A stretch of DNA of 64,000 nucleotides from Actinomycetota bacterium (GTDB taxonomy: Bacteria; Actinomycetota; Acidimicrobiia; Acidimicrobiales; Ilumatobacteraceae), in contig CANGIP010000005.1 in assembly GCA_947454105.1 (NCBI GenBank), positions 41,635 to 105,634 of the forward strand, given 5' to 3'. Below, piece after piece: positions 26,696 through 36,548 of the stretch. Below the pieces are notes generated by a model. That model was not told the DNA's origin and did not search any database. It saw only the letters and a list, made by a program, of their open reading frames with translations. The translations under genes and the position numbers were made by a program. Positions within the stretch are counted from its first letter, which is position 1. Each line of letters begins with the position of its first letter.

Positions 26696-27886
26696 ATGCC
26701 GATCGCCAATCTTTGTGTCGTAGGTGGCTGCGGCCACGTGGGTTTGCCGTTAGCGATGGCTTTTGCTCGAGCTGGTGTTTCGGTCGTTGCCTTTGACATC
26801 AATCCAGTCGCAGTCAACCTAGTCAACGGTAAAACGATGCCCTTTGATGAGCCCGAAGCACCGGCAATATTGTCGCAAATTATTGATGCCGGACTTTTTC
26901 GGGCGTCAACCGATCCGGCCGAGGTCGCCAAGGCCGATGCGGTCATTGTTGTGGTCGGAACACCGGTAGACGAGCATTTGAATCCAGATACGCAAGCTGT
27001 TCCCGATGCAGTGGCTGCATTAGTTCCGTATCTACGAGATGATCAACTCTTGGTGCTTCGCTCAACAGTTTATCCGGGTGTAACTCGGCTCGTTGAAGAA
27101 CGACTTGCTGCACACGGTATGAAGACGGACGTTGCCTTTTGCCCCGAACGTATTGCCGAAGGCAAAGCCTTCACTGAGTTGTACTCGTTGCCACAGATCG
27201 TGTCAGGTCGTCGGCCATCAGCAGTTGCACGGGCAAGCGAACTTTTTGGTCTTTTAACCGAGAGCATTGTTGAGACGTCGCCTGAAGAAGCCGAGTTAGC
27301 AAAACTCTTTACGAATACCTGGCGCTACATCAAGTTTGCGGCAGCGAACCAGTTTTACATGATTGCTAATGAGCACGGAATCGATTTTGAAAATGTGCGT
27401 CACGCAATTACCTTTGATTATCCGCGGGCCAACGATATGCCTGGTGCCGGATTCGCGGCTGGGCCATGTTTGTTTAAAGACACCATGCAGTTGGCGGCCT
27501 TTAACAACAACAACTTCTTTTTGGGCCATGCCAGCATGATGGTGAATGAAGGTTTGCCGATGTATCTGGTTGACCGCATGGACCGACGGTTTGAATTAAA
27601 GAATCTGACGGTTGGAATTTTAGGAATGGCTTTCAAGGCCGAAAGCGATGACATCCGTTCAAGCTTGTCGTACAAGTTGCGACGCATTCTGCGCTACAAA
27701 GCATCAAATGTTTTGTGTACCGATCCATTTGTGACAACCGACCCAAACCTTGTGCCGCTTGAAGAAGTTCTGGCGAAGGCGGACGTGTTGGTCATCGGTG
27801 CTCCACATTCGGCGTATCGAGGACTCAAACCCAAGCAGGCTGTCGTGGATATTTGGAACCTGTTGGGCAATGGTGTTTTGGTATGA
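26696..27886 (+). CDS. nucleotide-sugar dehydrogenase (UDP-glucose/GDP-mannose dehydrogenase family)
   Basis: 'NLCVVGGCGHVGLPLA' Rossmann motif and 'AAGPCLFKDT' catalytic-Cys block. GAGG lies just upstream of ATG 26696. The ORF-track start at 26654 is an alternative. Confidence 0.75.
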   Translation: MPIANLCVVGGCGHVGLPLAMAFARAGVSVVAFDINPVAVNLVNGKTMPFDEPEAPAILSQIIDAGLFRASTDPAEVAKADAVIVVVGTPVDEHLNPDTQAVPDAVAALVPYLRDDQLLVLRSTVYPGVTRLVEERLAAHGMKTDVAFCPERIAEGKAFTELYSLPQIVSGRRPSAVARASELFGLLTESIVETSPEEAELAKLFTNTWRYIKFAAANQFYMIANEHGIDFENVRHAITFDYPRANDMPGAGFAAGPCLFKDTMQLAAFNNNNFFLGHASMMVNEGLPMYLVDRMDRRFELKNLTVGILGMAFKAESDDIRSSLSYKLRRILRYKASNVLCTDPFVTTDPNLVPLEEVLAKADVLVIGAPHSAYRGLKPKQAVVDIWNLLGNGVLV

Positions 27887-28593
27887 ACCCAAGCGTTTCA
27901 GTTGTTATTCCTGCGTATCAAGAAGGCGAAGGTGTTGTTCCTGTACTTCGTCGCTTGGGCGAAGCAGTTTTGTTGCCATGCGAAATTGTGATCGTCGTTG
28001 ATAGTCCCGATGATTCGACCGTGCCCTTTGTTGAACAACTCGCACTGAGCGATCCACGAGTACGGGTGGCAATAAATACCTATGGTCGCGGACCGGCAAA
28101 TGCAATTCGATTTGGTATTCATGCAGCTCAAGCGCCTGTCGTTGTTGTGACGATGGCTGATGGATGTGATGATCCGTTTCAGATTGATCAACTCACGCGT
28201 TTGGTTGATCGCGGTGTAGTAGTTGCCGCGGCTAGTCGATATGCGCGAAGTGGTCAACAAGTTGGCGGACCATGGATCAAGGGATTCATTTCACGTATGG
28301 CGGGGCTGAGCCTGTATCACGTTGCTCGAGTAGGAACTCGCGATGCCACCAATTCATTCAAGGCCTACTCAAAGTCGTTTATTGACAAGGTAGGGATTGA
28401 AAGTGATCAAGGTTTTGAGATTGGAATTGAGTTAGTTGCCAAGGCTCGTCGCTATCGAATGCCAGTTGCCGAAATACCGACCATTTGGCTTGATCGTGCT
28501 TTTGGTACTTCTAACTTCAAACTTTTTGCCTGGCTACCACGCTATTTGAAGTGGTATTTCTACGCATTCGGTGCCAAGAAAAAACTTCAGTAA
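27883..28593 (+). CDS. GT2 polyprenyl-phosphate glycosyltransferase (DPM1/ArnC-like)
   Basis: 'VSVVIPAYQEGEG', 'IVIVVDSPDDST', 'VVTMADGCDDP'. ATGA overlap with the dehydrogenase gene at 27883..27886. Confidence 0.7.
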   Translation: MNPSVSVVIPAYQEGEGVVPVLRRLGEAVLLPCEIVIVVDSPDDSTVPFVEQLALSDPRVRVAINTYGRGPANAIRFGIHAAQAPVVVVTMADGCDDPFQIDQLTRLVDRGVVVAAASRYARSGQQVGGPWIKGFISRMAGLSLYHVARVGTRDATNSFKAYSKSFIDKVGIESDQGFEIGIELVAKARRYRMPVAEIPTIWLDRAFGTSNFKLFAWLPRYLKWYFYAFGAKKKLQ

Positions 28594-28625
28594 TTTCATT
28601 CGTCATTTTTATTAGGGAGTAAGAC

Positions 28626-29648
28626 ATGAAAGTTCTAGTCACAGGTTCAGCCGGATTCATTGGCGGCTATTTGGTTGAAGAGTTGTTGGGTAAGGGTTAT
28701 GAAGTTGTCGGGATTGACAACCATTCAAAATATGGCCCGATCACTAAGAGTTACGACTCGCACCCCAATTACAAACTGATCGTTGGTGATGCGCGCGATG
28801 TAGACCTGATGGCTTTGGCGATGATGGATTGCGAACATGTCATTGCTGGAGCAGCGCTCATTGGTGGCATCACCTATTTCCATGCGTATGCCTACGATCT
28901 TTTGGCGACTAACGAGCGAATCATGGCTTCAACATGTGACGCGGCAATTCGCGCTCATCGTCAAGGCAAGTTGAAAAAAGTCACTTACCTCAGTTCGTCA
29001 ATGGTTTTTGAATCAACCGATCATTGGCCAAGCGCCGAAGGTGACGAACGCAAGATCGCCCCGCCATTGTCGTCGTACGGGTTCCAAAAACTTGCGGTCG
29101 AATACTTTGCTAAAGCCGCTTGGGATCAGTACAAACTGCCGTACACAATTGTGCGCCCATTCAATTGTGTCGGTGTTGGTGAAATGCGTGCGCTCGGAGA
29201 AGTTGAAGTTTTGTCGGGCAACGTTGAACTGGCAATGAGTCATGTTGTTCCTGACTTAGTGCAGAAGATTCTGAAGGGTCAAGACCCGCTACATATTTTG
29301 GGTGGGGGAGATCAGGTTCGTCACTACACATACGGTGGAGACCTCGCTCGCGGAATTGTGTTGGCGATGGAAAGTGAAGCGGCACATAACGAAGACTTCA
29401 ACCTTTCAACCGCTCAGGGAACGACCGTTCTTGAATTAGCCGAAGCAATCTGGCGCAAGATCAAGGGTCCAGATGTGCCGTTCCGCTATACATCTGATCC
29501 CGGTTATGAGTACGACGTGCAAAAGCGAGTGCCAAGCGTCGCGAAGGCCAAAGAAGTTTTGAACTTCGAAGCATTGACGACTTTGGACGAACTTCTTGAT
29601 GAAGTCATTCCGTGGATTGAAATGGCTGTTGACGAGGGATTGATTTAG
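28626..29648 (+). CDS. NAD-dependent epimerase/dehydratase (extended SDR)
   Basis: 340 aa. 'MKVLVTGSAGFIGGYL', 'YGFQK'. A GGGAG Shine-Dalgarno sequence lies ~7 nt upstream. Confidence 0.8.
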   Translation: MKVLVTGSAGFIGGYLVEELLGKGYEVVGIDNHSKYGPITKSYDSHPNYKLIVGDARDVDLMALAMMDCEHVIAGAALIGGITYFHAYAYDLLATNERIMASTCDAAIRAHRQGKLKKVTYLSSSMVFESTDHWPSAEGDERKIAPPLSSYGFQKLAVEYFAKAAWDQYKLPYTIVRPFNCVGVGEMRALGEVEVLSGNVELAMSHVVPDLVQKILKGQDPLHILGGGDQVRHYTYGGDLARGIVLAMESEAAHNEDFNLSTAQGTTVLELAEAIWRKIKGPDVPFRYTSDPGYEYDVQKRVPSVAKAKEVLNFEALTTLDELLDEVIPWIEMAVDEGLI

Positions 29649-31856
29649 TTACCCTCGGCTAGAGAGCCCAGGAATCTTCTTCAGAAATTGCCGGCGACGC
29701 GAACCCGCTGGCCCAACCAGTGTCCGAACAAACTTGCGATTGTTGGCCTGTGATAGTCGTCGACTGATTCGATTGAGTTTTTCGATTCGTGCGAGATATT
29801 CACTGGTATGAATTTGAGCGAGTACAGGTGCTTCGGCCCAAATAGCATCAACACGGTTCTTCGGACGACCAAGCACTTCGTCGATTAATGTGAGCAATTC
29901 GCGCCCTGCTCGCTGCCAGGTAAAGAGGTTTCCACGCTTGATAAGTTCTTCGACTATTGAGTTGGCCGTTGCGCTATCGCTCAAAATATGAACAATCTGT
30001 TCGGCGGTGCGGACAACATCAAAATCAACGACTGTCGGTATGTCTAACGGAAGAATCTCATCAAGACTGGTGAGACGTGAAGAAAGAGTTGGGGTACCAA
30101 GTCGGGCGGCTTCAAAGGGGACCAACCCGAATCCTTCAGCAAGCGACGGATACAGAATCAAAGATGAATTGCTCACGAGCCACTGTTTTTCGTCTTCACT
30201 TAAAGCATCAAGAATCGTGATATGGTCAACGAGCTCGGGGTGAGACGCGATGAAATCGTGTTCGATTGTTGAAGCACCCCCGAATTTTGGAGTTGCTCCG
30301 GCTAACACCAAATGGCAATCAAAGGACTGACTCATCAATTGATTAAGTACTCGAAGCGCAAAAATACGATTCTTATGCAGGTAATTAACGCCAAGAACTG
30401 TGATTAAACGTGACGTCGAATGCAATGTTGCGGGCCGTTGTGAGGTTGAAGTTCGGGGAGAAGGATTGGTACCGCAATACGTGACGCGATGCACGGCATT
30501 GTCACTGACAACACCTGACCGTCGCCCGTCTTCAAGAGAATATTCGCTAATCCAGGCCACACCATCTACCGATGCGAGAGTTAAGCGAGTCAACTCGCGT
30601 TGGCTAAGCCAACTATGGTCAGACACGAAATATGAAGGATTGTGAAAAGAGATGAAATCTAATTGACCCACGATGCAACGGCCAGCAATACGCTTCATCC
30701 AACGTAATTCTTCTGTGGAGTTGACTTGGTATGGACGAACGATCACGTCAAATCGATATTGACGGTCATCCATAATGTTTGCAATGACTTCGATGTGAAC
30801 ATTTCCAAGAGCCGATAATTCGTTTTGCAACTCCGTTGAGACGGTAGATGAAATGAGCACACTGAATTCTTGAGCAGGCTGTTGTTGGGCGATCGAACGA
30901 ATGAGTTCGTACGTCAATTGCTGAGTCCCTGTCCAGTTTTGACCAAAACAATGACCGTCAATCGCGATCGTTGGTTGTCGAAGTTGGAAGGAGGCTCGAT
31001 TGATTGCTGCCGCTAGGGGCGAATACGGATCTGAAGCAAAACGACTGACCCCACCTCGATAAGTGGGGTATCTCTGATAAACGATTTCGTCGTTTGCTAA
31101 CTGTTGTGGGCGAGCACTCGATGTGAAGCTCGATGAACCTTTATGGAAGACAAAAACATCGTCAGCGACGACATGACGTAACCCGATTTGAATGAGGCGT
31201 TGACTGAAATCAACTTCTTCGCCGTAGCCAGTTCCGAATGTGGTGTCAAAACCTCCGACAAGGTTGAGCGCACGCCGCTTAATGAGAAAACAATGACCGA
31301 TGGCAGTCGGAATCGTTGGCCGGGTGAGTTGCGAAACACTGGCGATTCGCCGAGCTGCTTCAACAACATCAAGCCCGTTAGGAATGTTTGGCCAAGGCAT
31401 ATTGCGATGTGGAAGCGAAAGAATGGTTCCGTTGTTGGTGAAAACTGAAACAGTCGCGATATCTGTCGCACTATTCGCTGCGGCACACATGCGCTCATAC
31501 CAGGTTGGCCCAACAATCACATCGGAGTTAACCAAGATGACGTCTTTATCAAGGGTGGCGTCAAAGGCTGCGTTGCATGCGCCGATAAATCCCTGGTTTT
31601 TCTCGAGACGCAAGACAATGATGTTGTGCGCTAATTGATCCGCTTGTTTTTCTAAATCAGTGAAGAAAGTTCGATCGGGACCGCAGTCATCGACAATGAG
31701 AAGCGAGACAGTTCGCTGGGTGTGATTGAGAATTGATTCAATGCACAAAGCGGTTTCTTCGGGAGCGTTGTAGACCGGAACGACGACCACTGGTGAGGGA
31801 GCATGAACGAGGAGTTTTTTTGCCTCGTCTACTGAGTTGACATGGTGAAGGGCCAT
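29649..31856 (-). CDS. bifunctional glycosyltransferase (N-terminal GT2, C-terminal GT4)
   Basis: 'VVVPVYNAPEE', 'LLIVDDCGPD', 'NQGFIGACNAAF', 'LVNSDVIV', then 'YPSLAEGFGLVPFEAARLGTP'. ATG 31856 avoids overlap with wzm; the ORF track extends to 31925. Confidence 0.75.
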   Translation of the reverse strand: MALHHVNSVDEAKKLLVHAPSPVVVVPVYNAPEETALCIESILNHTQRTVSLLIVDDCGPDRTFFTDLEKQADQLAHNIIVLRLEKNQGFIGACNAAFDATLDKDVILVNSDVIVGPTWYERMCAAANSATDIATVSVFTNNGTILSLPHRNMPWPNIPNGLDVVEAARRIASVSQLTRPTIPTAIGHCFLIKRRALNLVGGFDTTFGTGYGEEVDFSQRLIQIGLRHVVADDVFVFHKGSSSFTSSARPQQLANDEIVYQRYPTYRGGVSRFASDPYSPLAAAINRASFQLRQPTIAIDGHCFGQNWTGTQQLTYELIRSIAQQQPAQEFSVLISSTVSTELQNELSALGNVHIEVIANIMDDRQYRFDVIVRPYQVNSTEELRWMKRIAGRCIVGQLDFISFHNPSYFVSDHSWLSQRELTRLTLASVDGVAWISEYSLEDGRRSGVVSDNAVHRVTYCGTNPSPRTSTSQRPATLHSTSRLITVLGVNYLHKNRIFALRVLNQLMSQSFDCHLVLAGATPKFGGASTIEHDFIASHPELVDHITILDALSEDEKQWLVSNSSLILYPSLAEGFGLVPFEAARLGTPTLSSRLTSLDEILPLDIPTVVDFDVVRTAEQIVHILSDSATANSIVEELIKRGNLFTWQRAGRELLTLIDEVLGRPKNRVDAIWAEAPVLAQIHTSEYLARIEKLNRISRRLSQANNRKFVRTLVGPAGSRRRQFLKKIPGLSSRG

Positions 31857-31866
31857 GGTGACCTCT

Positions 31867-32676
31867 CTACACTTCTTCAGGTAGTCGGCGACCCATTCGA
31901 TTAAAGATGGCCCATCCGAGCGCAAGGCTGATGACAGCAGACACCAACATCATGGCTAGTCGTATGGCGGTTGGCCCTTTGGCGTCGTATAGAAGATCGC
32001 GATAGGTCGTGACGAATGCCCGCATGGGGTTGAGTTGTAAAATCTTGTTCGCCCATGCTGGAGCACGATCTTGAACCACGCTCGGGGCATAGACGACCGG
32101 AGTCAAGAAAAACCAAACTTGAATGAAAATCGTCCACAAATAGGTAATGTCGCGGAAATAGACCGACAAGGTGCTGAGAGCTAATGCAAAGCCTGAAGCG
32201 AAAATTGCCAGCAAGATACTGATGAGGACCACGATTGGTAACCAGGGCAAGAATGGACTGCCGGCAATCAACAAGACAATTGCCAGAAGTCCCATTTCAA
32301 TCGCAAACTGCACGCACGCGTGTAATACGTTGCTGAAGACCAAAACTTCGCGAGGGAAGGCCACACGACGAACGAGGCCCGAGTTGGCGGAGATTGCTCC
32401 CATACCGAGGTTGGTGATCAACGAGAAGAAGTTCCAGGGCAAAAGAGCACATAACAAGAAATAGGCAAAACCCTTTAAGCCGCTGGGGTCTCCAATTGGG
32501 GCGCTTGACTGGAAAAGTACGCCGAAGACGAACGAATAGATGGCAACTGTGGCCAGTGGGTTAAGCATCGACCACGCCCAGCCCAAGAACGAACGGCGAT
32601 ACTTGGTACGGAGCTCACGGAGAGTCAGATTCCATAGAAGTTCGCGGGAATCAAAGACTCGTTTCAGACTTTTCAT
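31867..32676 (-). CDS. wzm: ABC-2 type polysaccharide export permease (Wzm/TagG-like)
   Basis: 269 aa. 'RELLWNLTLRELRTKYRRSFLGWAWSMLNPL' and six hydrophobic spans. Confidence 0.8.
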   Translation of the reverse strand: MKSLKRVFDSRELLWNLTLRELRTKYRRSFLGWAWSMLNPLATVAIYSFVFGVLFQSSAPIGDPSGLKGFAYFLLCALLPWNFFSLITNLGMGAISANSGLVRRVAFPREVLVFSNVLHACVQFAIEMGLLAIVLLIAGSPFLPWLPIVVLISILLAIFASGFALALSTLSVYFRDITYLWTIFIQVWFFLTPVVYAPSVVQDRAPAWANKILQLNPMRAFVTTYRDLLYDAKGPTAIRLAMMLVSAVISLALGWAIFNRMGRRLPEEV

Positions 32677-32755
32677 GACCTTGGAGATCCTAGTTGGTCA
32701 ATTGGTGGTGAGGGTGTTGCCTCAGTGAGCCCTCCATCGGCAAGAATGGTCACGC
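32677..32755. promoter_or_regulatory. divergent promoter region between wzm and wzt
   Basis: 79-bp spacer between the divergently oriented permease and ATPase genes. Confidence 0.35.
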
Positions 32756-33970
32756 ATGTCAAACCAAGCCGTTGTTGTCTCTGGTCTGTGGAAGAACTTC
32801 CGCCTCTATCACGAGCGAAATCAATACCTCAAAGCCGCCATTTTGCGGGGTCGACGAGCCCGCTATGAAGAATTCTGGGCACTCCGCGAGATCGACTTCA
32901 CCGTGCCGACCGGAACGACGTTTGGAGTCATCGGTTCAAATGGTTCGGGCAAGAGCACGCTGCTGAAGTGTCTCACCGGGATCTTGACTCCTGACAAAGG
33001 TTCAGTAAAGGTGACTGGTCGAATTTCGGCGCTTCTTGAATTAGGTGCCGGATTCCACCCCGAACTCACGGGTCGCGAGAACGTTTTTATGAATGGTGCG
33101 ATTTTAGGTTTGACCAAGAAAGAAGTCACCGACAAGTTCTCTGACATTGTTGAATTTGCTGGACTTGAAGAGTTCATTGATACTCCTGTTAAGAATTATT
33201 CGTCAGGAATGTTCGTGCGTTTGGGATTTGCCGTTGCCGCTCACGTTGAACCCGAAGTGTTGCTGATTGACGAAGTGTTGTCGGTCGGCGACGAGAGTTT
33301 TCAGCGTAAGAGTGCCGAACGCATTGAGCAGTTTCGTCGAGAAGGTCGCACAATCGTCTTTGTGAGTCACGGCTTATCGGCAGTTGAACAATTGTGTGAA
33401 CAAGTCGCCTGGATTGAAAAAGGTGAACTGAAAATGATCGGCAATGCGGGTGAGGTGATTTCGGCATATCAGGGTCAGAGTCATCAAGCGACGCGGGTTG
33501 AAGGCGAACAGGGTCAACGCTGGGGCAGTGGTGAAGCACAAATTGTTGCTGTGCAGTTACTTGATGAGGTAAATCAACCTCTTGCAGTATTGACAACGAT
33601 GGAGCCAGCAAAAATTCGCGTCGACCTCACGTCGCACATGCCTCTCCAAGATCCTGTCGTGACAGTACGAATCGATACTTTGATTGGACATCCAGTGTGG
33701 GGTTCTTCGACTCGTCGAAACGGTAAGTCAATGGGACTTGTTGAGGGACCGGCAAGCGTTGAAGTATCAATTCCTTCGTTGCCGTTGCTTGAAGGCGTGT
33801 ACGACCTCACGGTTGCAATAACCGACCATACCGAAATGAGCCCGTACGACCACTGGGAAAAGCGTGTTCGCTTTGAAGTGCGTCAATACAAGGCCTACGA
33901 CTTGGGCACGGTTCACATTCCTGCTGAGTGGTCGATCAGTGGCACTCGCGGTGTGATGCAAGGCGGCTGA
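32756..33970 (+). CDS. wzt: polysaccharide ABC exporter ATP-binding protein with C-terminal Wzt_C-like glycan-binding domain
   Basis: 404 aa. Walker A 'GSNGSGKSTLLK', signature 'YSSGMFVRLGFA', Walker B 'LLIDEVLSVGD'. The extra ~150-aa tail begins 'RWGSGEAQIVAVQLLD'. Confidence 0.85.
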   Translation: MSNQAVVVSGLWKNFRLYHERNQYLKAAILRGRRARYEEFWALREIDFTVPTGTTFGVIGSNGSGKSTLLKCLTGILTPDKGSVKVTGRISALLELGAGFHPELTGRENVFMNGAILGLTKKEVTDKFSDIVEFAGLEEFIDTPVKNYSSGMFVRLGFAVAAHVEPEVLLIDEVLSVGDESFQRKSAERIEQFRREGRTIVFVSHGLSAVEQLCEQVAWIEKGELKMIGNAGEVISAYQGQSHQATRVEGEQGQRWGSGEAQIVAVQLLDEVNQPLAVLTTMEPAKIRVDLTSHMPLQDPVVTVRIDTLIGHPVWGSSTRRNGKSMGLVEGPASVEVSIPSLPLLEGVYDLTVAITDHTEMSPYDHWEKRVRFEVRQYKAYDLGTVHIPAEWSISGTRGVMQGG

Positions 33971-33971
33971 G

Positions 33972-35018
33972 ATGCCGCGCGTCAGTTGTATTACCGTCAC
34001 GTACGGTCCGACTCCAGAAGTTTTTTCATTACTTGAATCGGTACAGCGACATGCGGGTGATATTTCATTCGACATGACAGTGGTGACGCAGCCCTCTGAC
34101 GAAGTTTCAATGGCTGAAGAAATTGTGAACCGAGCACCGTGGGTGCGCGTGATTTCGCTTGATAGCAATATCGGATTCGGACCAGCCAATAATCTCGCAG
34201 TCGAACAAGTAGAGGGCGAATTTGTTGCCTTTTTGAATCCTGATGTGGTGGTGAGCGAAGGGTGGTTGCCTCCGTTGTTGTCGGCGCTTGCCGATCCGGC
34301 GGTATTCGTTGCCGCACCTCCGTTGATGTCAGGAAATGGATACGTCGAAGAAGCTGCACAAGTGATGTTCTCCGATGGTGGCAGCGATGCCATCGGTGGT
34401 CCTCAATGGCCAAATGATTATGAACAAATGATGTTTAGTCGTGATGTTGACTACGCATCGGCAGCGTGTTGGTTAACGCGTCGATCGGTTTTTATTGAAC
34501 TTGGTGGGTTTGATCCGGCGTATGCACCTGCATATTTTGAAGATCCCGATCTGGCGTTCACAGCGCGGGCGCGTGGATTGGTATCACGATTAGTTGTTGA
34601 TCGGCCGGTTGTGCACGCTCATGCCGTTGCTTCTGAAAGTCGTGTGGCGCTGGCTGGACGATCACGCAAGATCTTTCAAGCCAAATGGGCCGATGTACTG
34701 CTATCTCAACCGACTCGTTTGGTTCATGGCGAGGATGGTTCTCGGGCTCGTGACCATATGTGCGCATCACGAACTTTGATTTTGATTGGCGACACCGTTG
34801 CTGACAAAGAAGTGATTGCGATTATTGAGAAGGCTAGTGTTGTCGCTGCGGCACAACCACGAGAACGGGTTGCTGTTGCCTTGAGCCGCCGACCATTTGT
34901 CGAGGGACTGCGACGTAAGTTCAGTCGTGCCGGATTGGAAATCATTCAGCAAGCGCCGCTTGATGTGTTGGCATCGCGTGGTGAATGGGCAACCAGCGTT
35001 GACAGGCATGGCGTATGA
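33972..35018 (+). CDS. GT2 glycosyltransferase (rhamnosyltransferase-like)
   Basis: 348 aa. 'VSCITVTYGPTPE', 'NIGFGPANNLAV', 'AFLNPDVVV', 'YFEDPDLAF'. Confidence 0.75.
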   Translation: MPRVSCITVTYGPTPEVFSLLESVQRHAGDISFDMTVVTQPSDEVSMAEEIVNRAPWVRVISLDSNIGFGPANNLAVEQVEGEFVAFLNPDVVVSEGWLPPLLSALADPAVFVAAPPLMSGNGYVEEAAQVMFSDGGSDAIGGPQWPNDYEQMMFSRDVDYASAACWLTRRSVFIELGGFDPAYAPAYFEDPDLAFTARARGLVSRLVVDRPVVHAHAVASESRVALAGRSRKIFQAKWADVLLSQPTRLVHGEDGSRARDHMCASRTLILIGDTVADKEVIAIIEKASVVAAAQPRERVAVALSRRPFVEGLRRKFSRAGLEIIQQAPLDVLASRGEWATSVDRHGV

Positions 35019-36532
35019 CCAAGTCACGCCTGCTGACAATCGCCGCTGTGATCGTTGGACTTTTCGGTCTCGTGATGCGATTGCACCTATTGCGCACTCC
35101 GGCGGGCGCTTTGAATGCCGATGAGGCGTACACGGGTTTGCAATCATTGGCGATTCTGCGAGGTGACTTGCCAACAGTTATTCGTGGTGCCGGCTACACA
35201 GCTGTTTTAGATAGTTACTTCTTTGCGCCATTTGTTTGGATATTCGGTGCACATGTCGTACCGCTGAAATTGCTCTCGTCGTTGTGGTGGTCTGGTGCAG
35301 CGGTAGTGATGTATGTGCTTACCAAGCGATTTGTTGGACGTTCATGGGGGCTATTGGCGGCGTCAATGGTGTGGGTTGCCCCCGGAGCACTGTTGTTGTT
35401 GTCGACTCGCGCGTACGAGGCTTATGGCCTCGGGTTGTTGACTTCGGTCTTTACTGCATTCGCAACAATTCAAGTAGTCGCAGATCAAGAGTTCAGTCGT
35501 CGTTGGGTGATGATGGCTGGTGCAAGCGCAGGGTTGGCCTTTTATCTACACCCGATGTTTATGGCAGTCGCCGTGCCGATGGTGTTGGTTCCGTGTTGGG
35601 TGCACCGCCGTGAAATTCGCGGATGGTGGATTCCGGCCGTGGGATCCGCGGTGTTTGTCAATATTCCATTGCTGTTTTGGAATGTTCGCCATTCGTGGCC
35701 ATCGCTGTCGCAACCAGCGCCAGCAACTGAATCTGCAGTAACGCGAATTGGGCGATTCTTTAGTGGGTTGTTGCCGCGAGCATTTGGACTACGTAACCCA
35801 GGTGGAGAGTGGATCTGGGGTTCAGTTTCTGTTGTTATTTATGTCGTACTTCTGGCACTCATTGTGTGGGGTGTCTTCGGGCTATCGCGTTTAGGTTCTC
35901 GAGGCTTGGTCTTGGCCCTGCCAACGGTTCTGTGTTGGCCAATCTTGGCACTATTCAGCAATATGGGATTCGTTGATGACGGTCGCTATGCAATCGTGGG
36001 ATTTCCGTTCTTGATTATTGCCTTCGTCATGGGCCTGCGATCGCTCGTGATACTTGTTAAGTGGTCACAATTCACTGGGTATGTCGCCCCGGCCATAGCT
36101 GGGGTTTTGTGGGTCGCTGTCTTTCTGATTCCGTGGGTGAAGAACTATGCGCCGGATGTTGTTGATGACCCAAACGCAAATGTCCAGGCAATCGTCAATG
36201 TACTGGTTGCCGAGAAGTATTCGTATGCCGCTGGCAATTATTGGTTAACGCTGCCGATCGAATACCAAAGTGATCGACAAGTGGTCACTGCTGTTGCGGG
36301 ACATCCGTGGGGTGTTATTTTCCCGTGGCAGCCACAGTTCCCGTGGGGAGTGCGGTTTGCCGACACTCAAGCAAAAGTGATGGCGGCGTATCCATCTGAT
36401 GTTGCGTATGTCTTTTTGCCTGGCGATGAGCAGGTTGGAGCTTTGCGCTTGCCTGTGGAAGAGTACGAACGGAGAGAAGTTGGCGGTGCCGTGCTGTATC
36501 TTCCATTGATGCACTCTGTAGTGCCCGAATAA
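35015..36532 (+). CDS. GT-C fold membrane glycosyltransferase (GT39/GT83-like)
   Basis: 505-aa polytopic ORF. 'NADEAYTGLQSLAILRGDLP' follows TM1. 4-nt overlap with the upstream GT2. Confidence 0.6.
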   Translation: MTKSRLLTIAAVIVGLFGLVMRLHLLRTPAGALNADEAYTGLQSLAILRGDLPTVIRGAGYTAVLDSYFFAPFVWIFGAHVVPLKLLSSLWWSGAAVVMYVLTKRFVGRSWGLLAASMVWVAPGALLLLSTRAYEAYGLGLLTSVFTAFATIQVVADQEFSRRWVMMAGASAGLAFYLHPMFMAVAVPMVLVPCWVHRREIRGWWIPAVGSAVFVNIPLLFWNVRHSWPSLSQPAPATESAVTRIGRFFSGLLPRAFGLRNPGGEWIWGSVSVVIYVVLLALIVWGVFGLSRLGSRGLVLALPTVLCWPILALFSNMGFVDDGRYAIVGFPFLIIAFVMGLRSLVILVKWSQFTGYVAPAIAGVLWVAVFLIPWVKNYAPDVVDDPNANVQAIVNVLVAEKYSYAAGNYWLTLPIEYQSDRQVVTAVAGHPWGVIFPWQPQFPWGVRFADTQAKVMAAYPSDVAYVFLPGDEQVGALRLPVEEYERREVGGAVLYLPLMHSVVPE

Positions 36533-36548
36533 CGAAAGCGAATACGAC

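Noticed and set aside
33767-34393. 208-aa minus-strand ORF overlapping the wzt end and GT2 start
   Set aside because: It is antisense to two motif-supported genes. Its composition is low-complexity and Ser/Thr/Ala-rich, typical of shadow ORFs.
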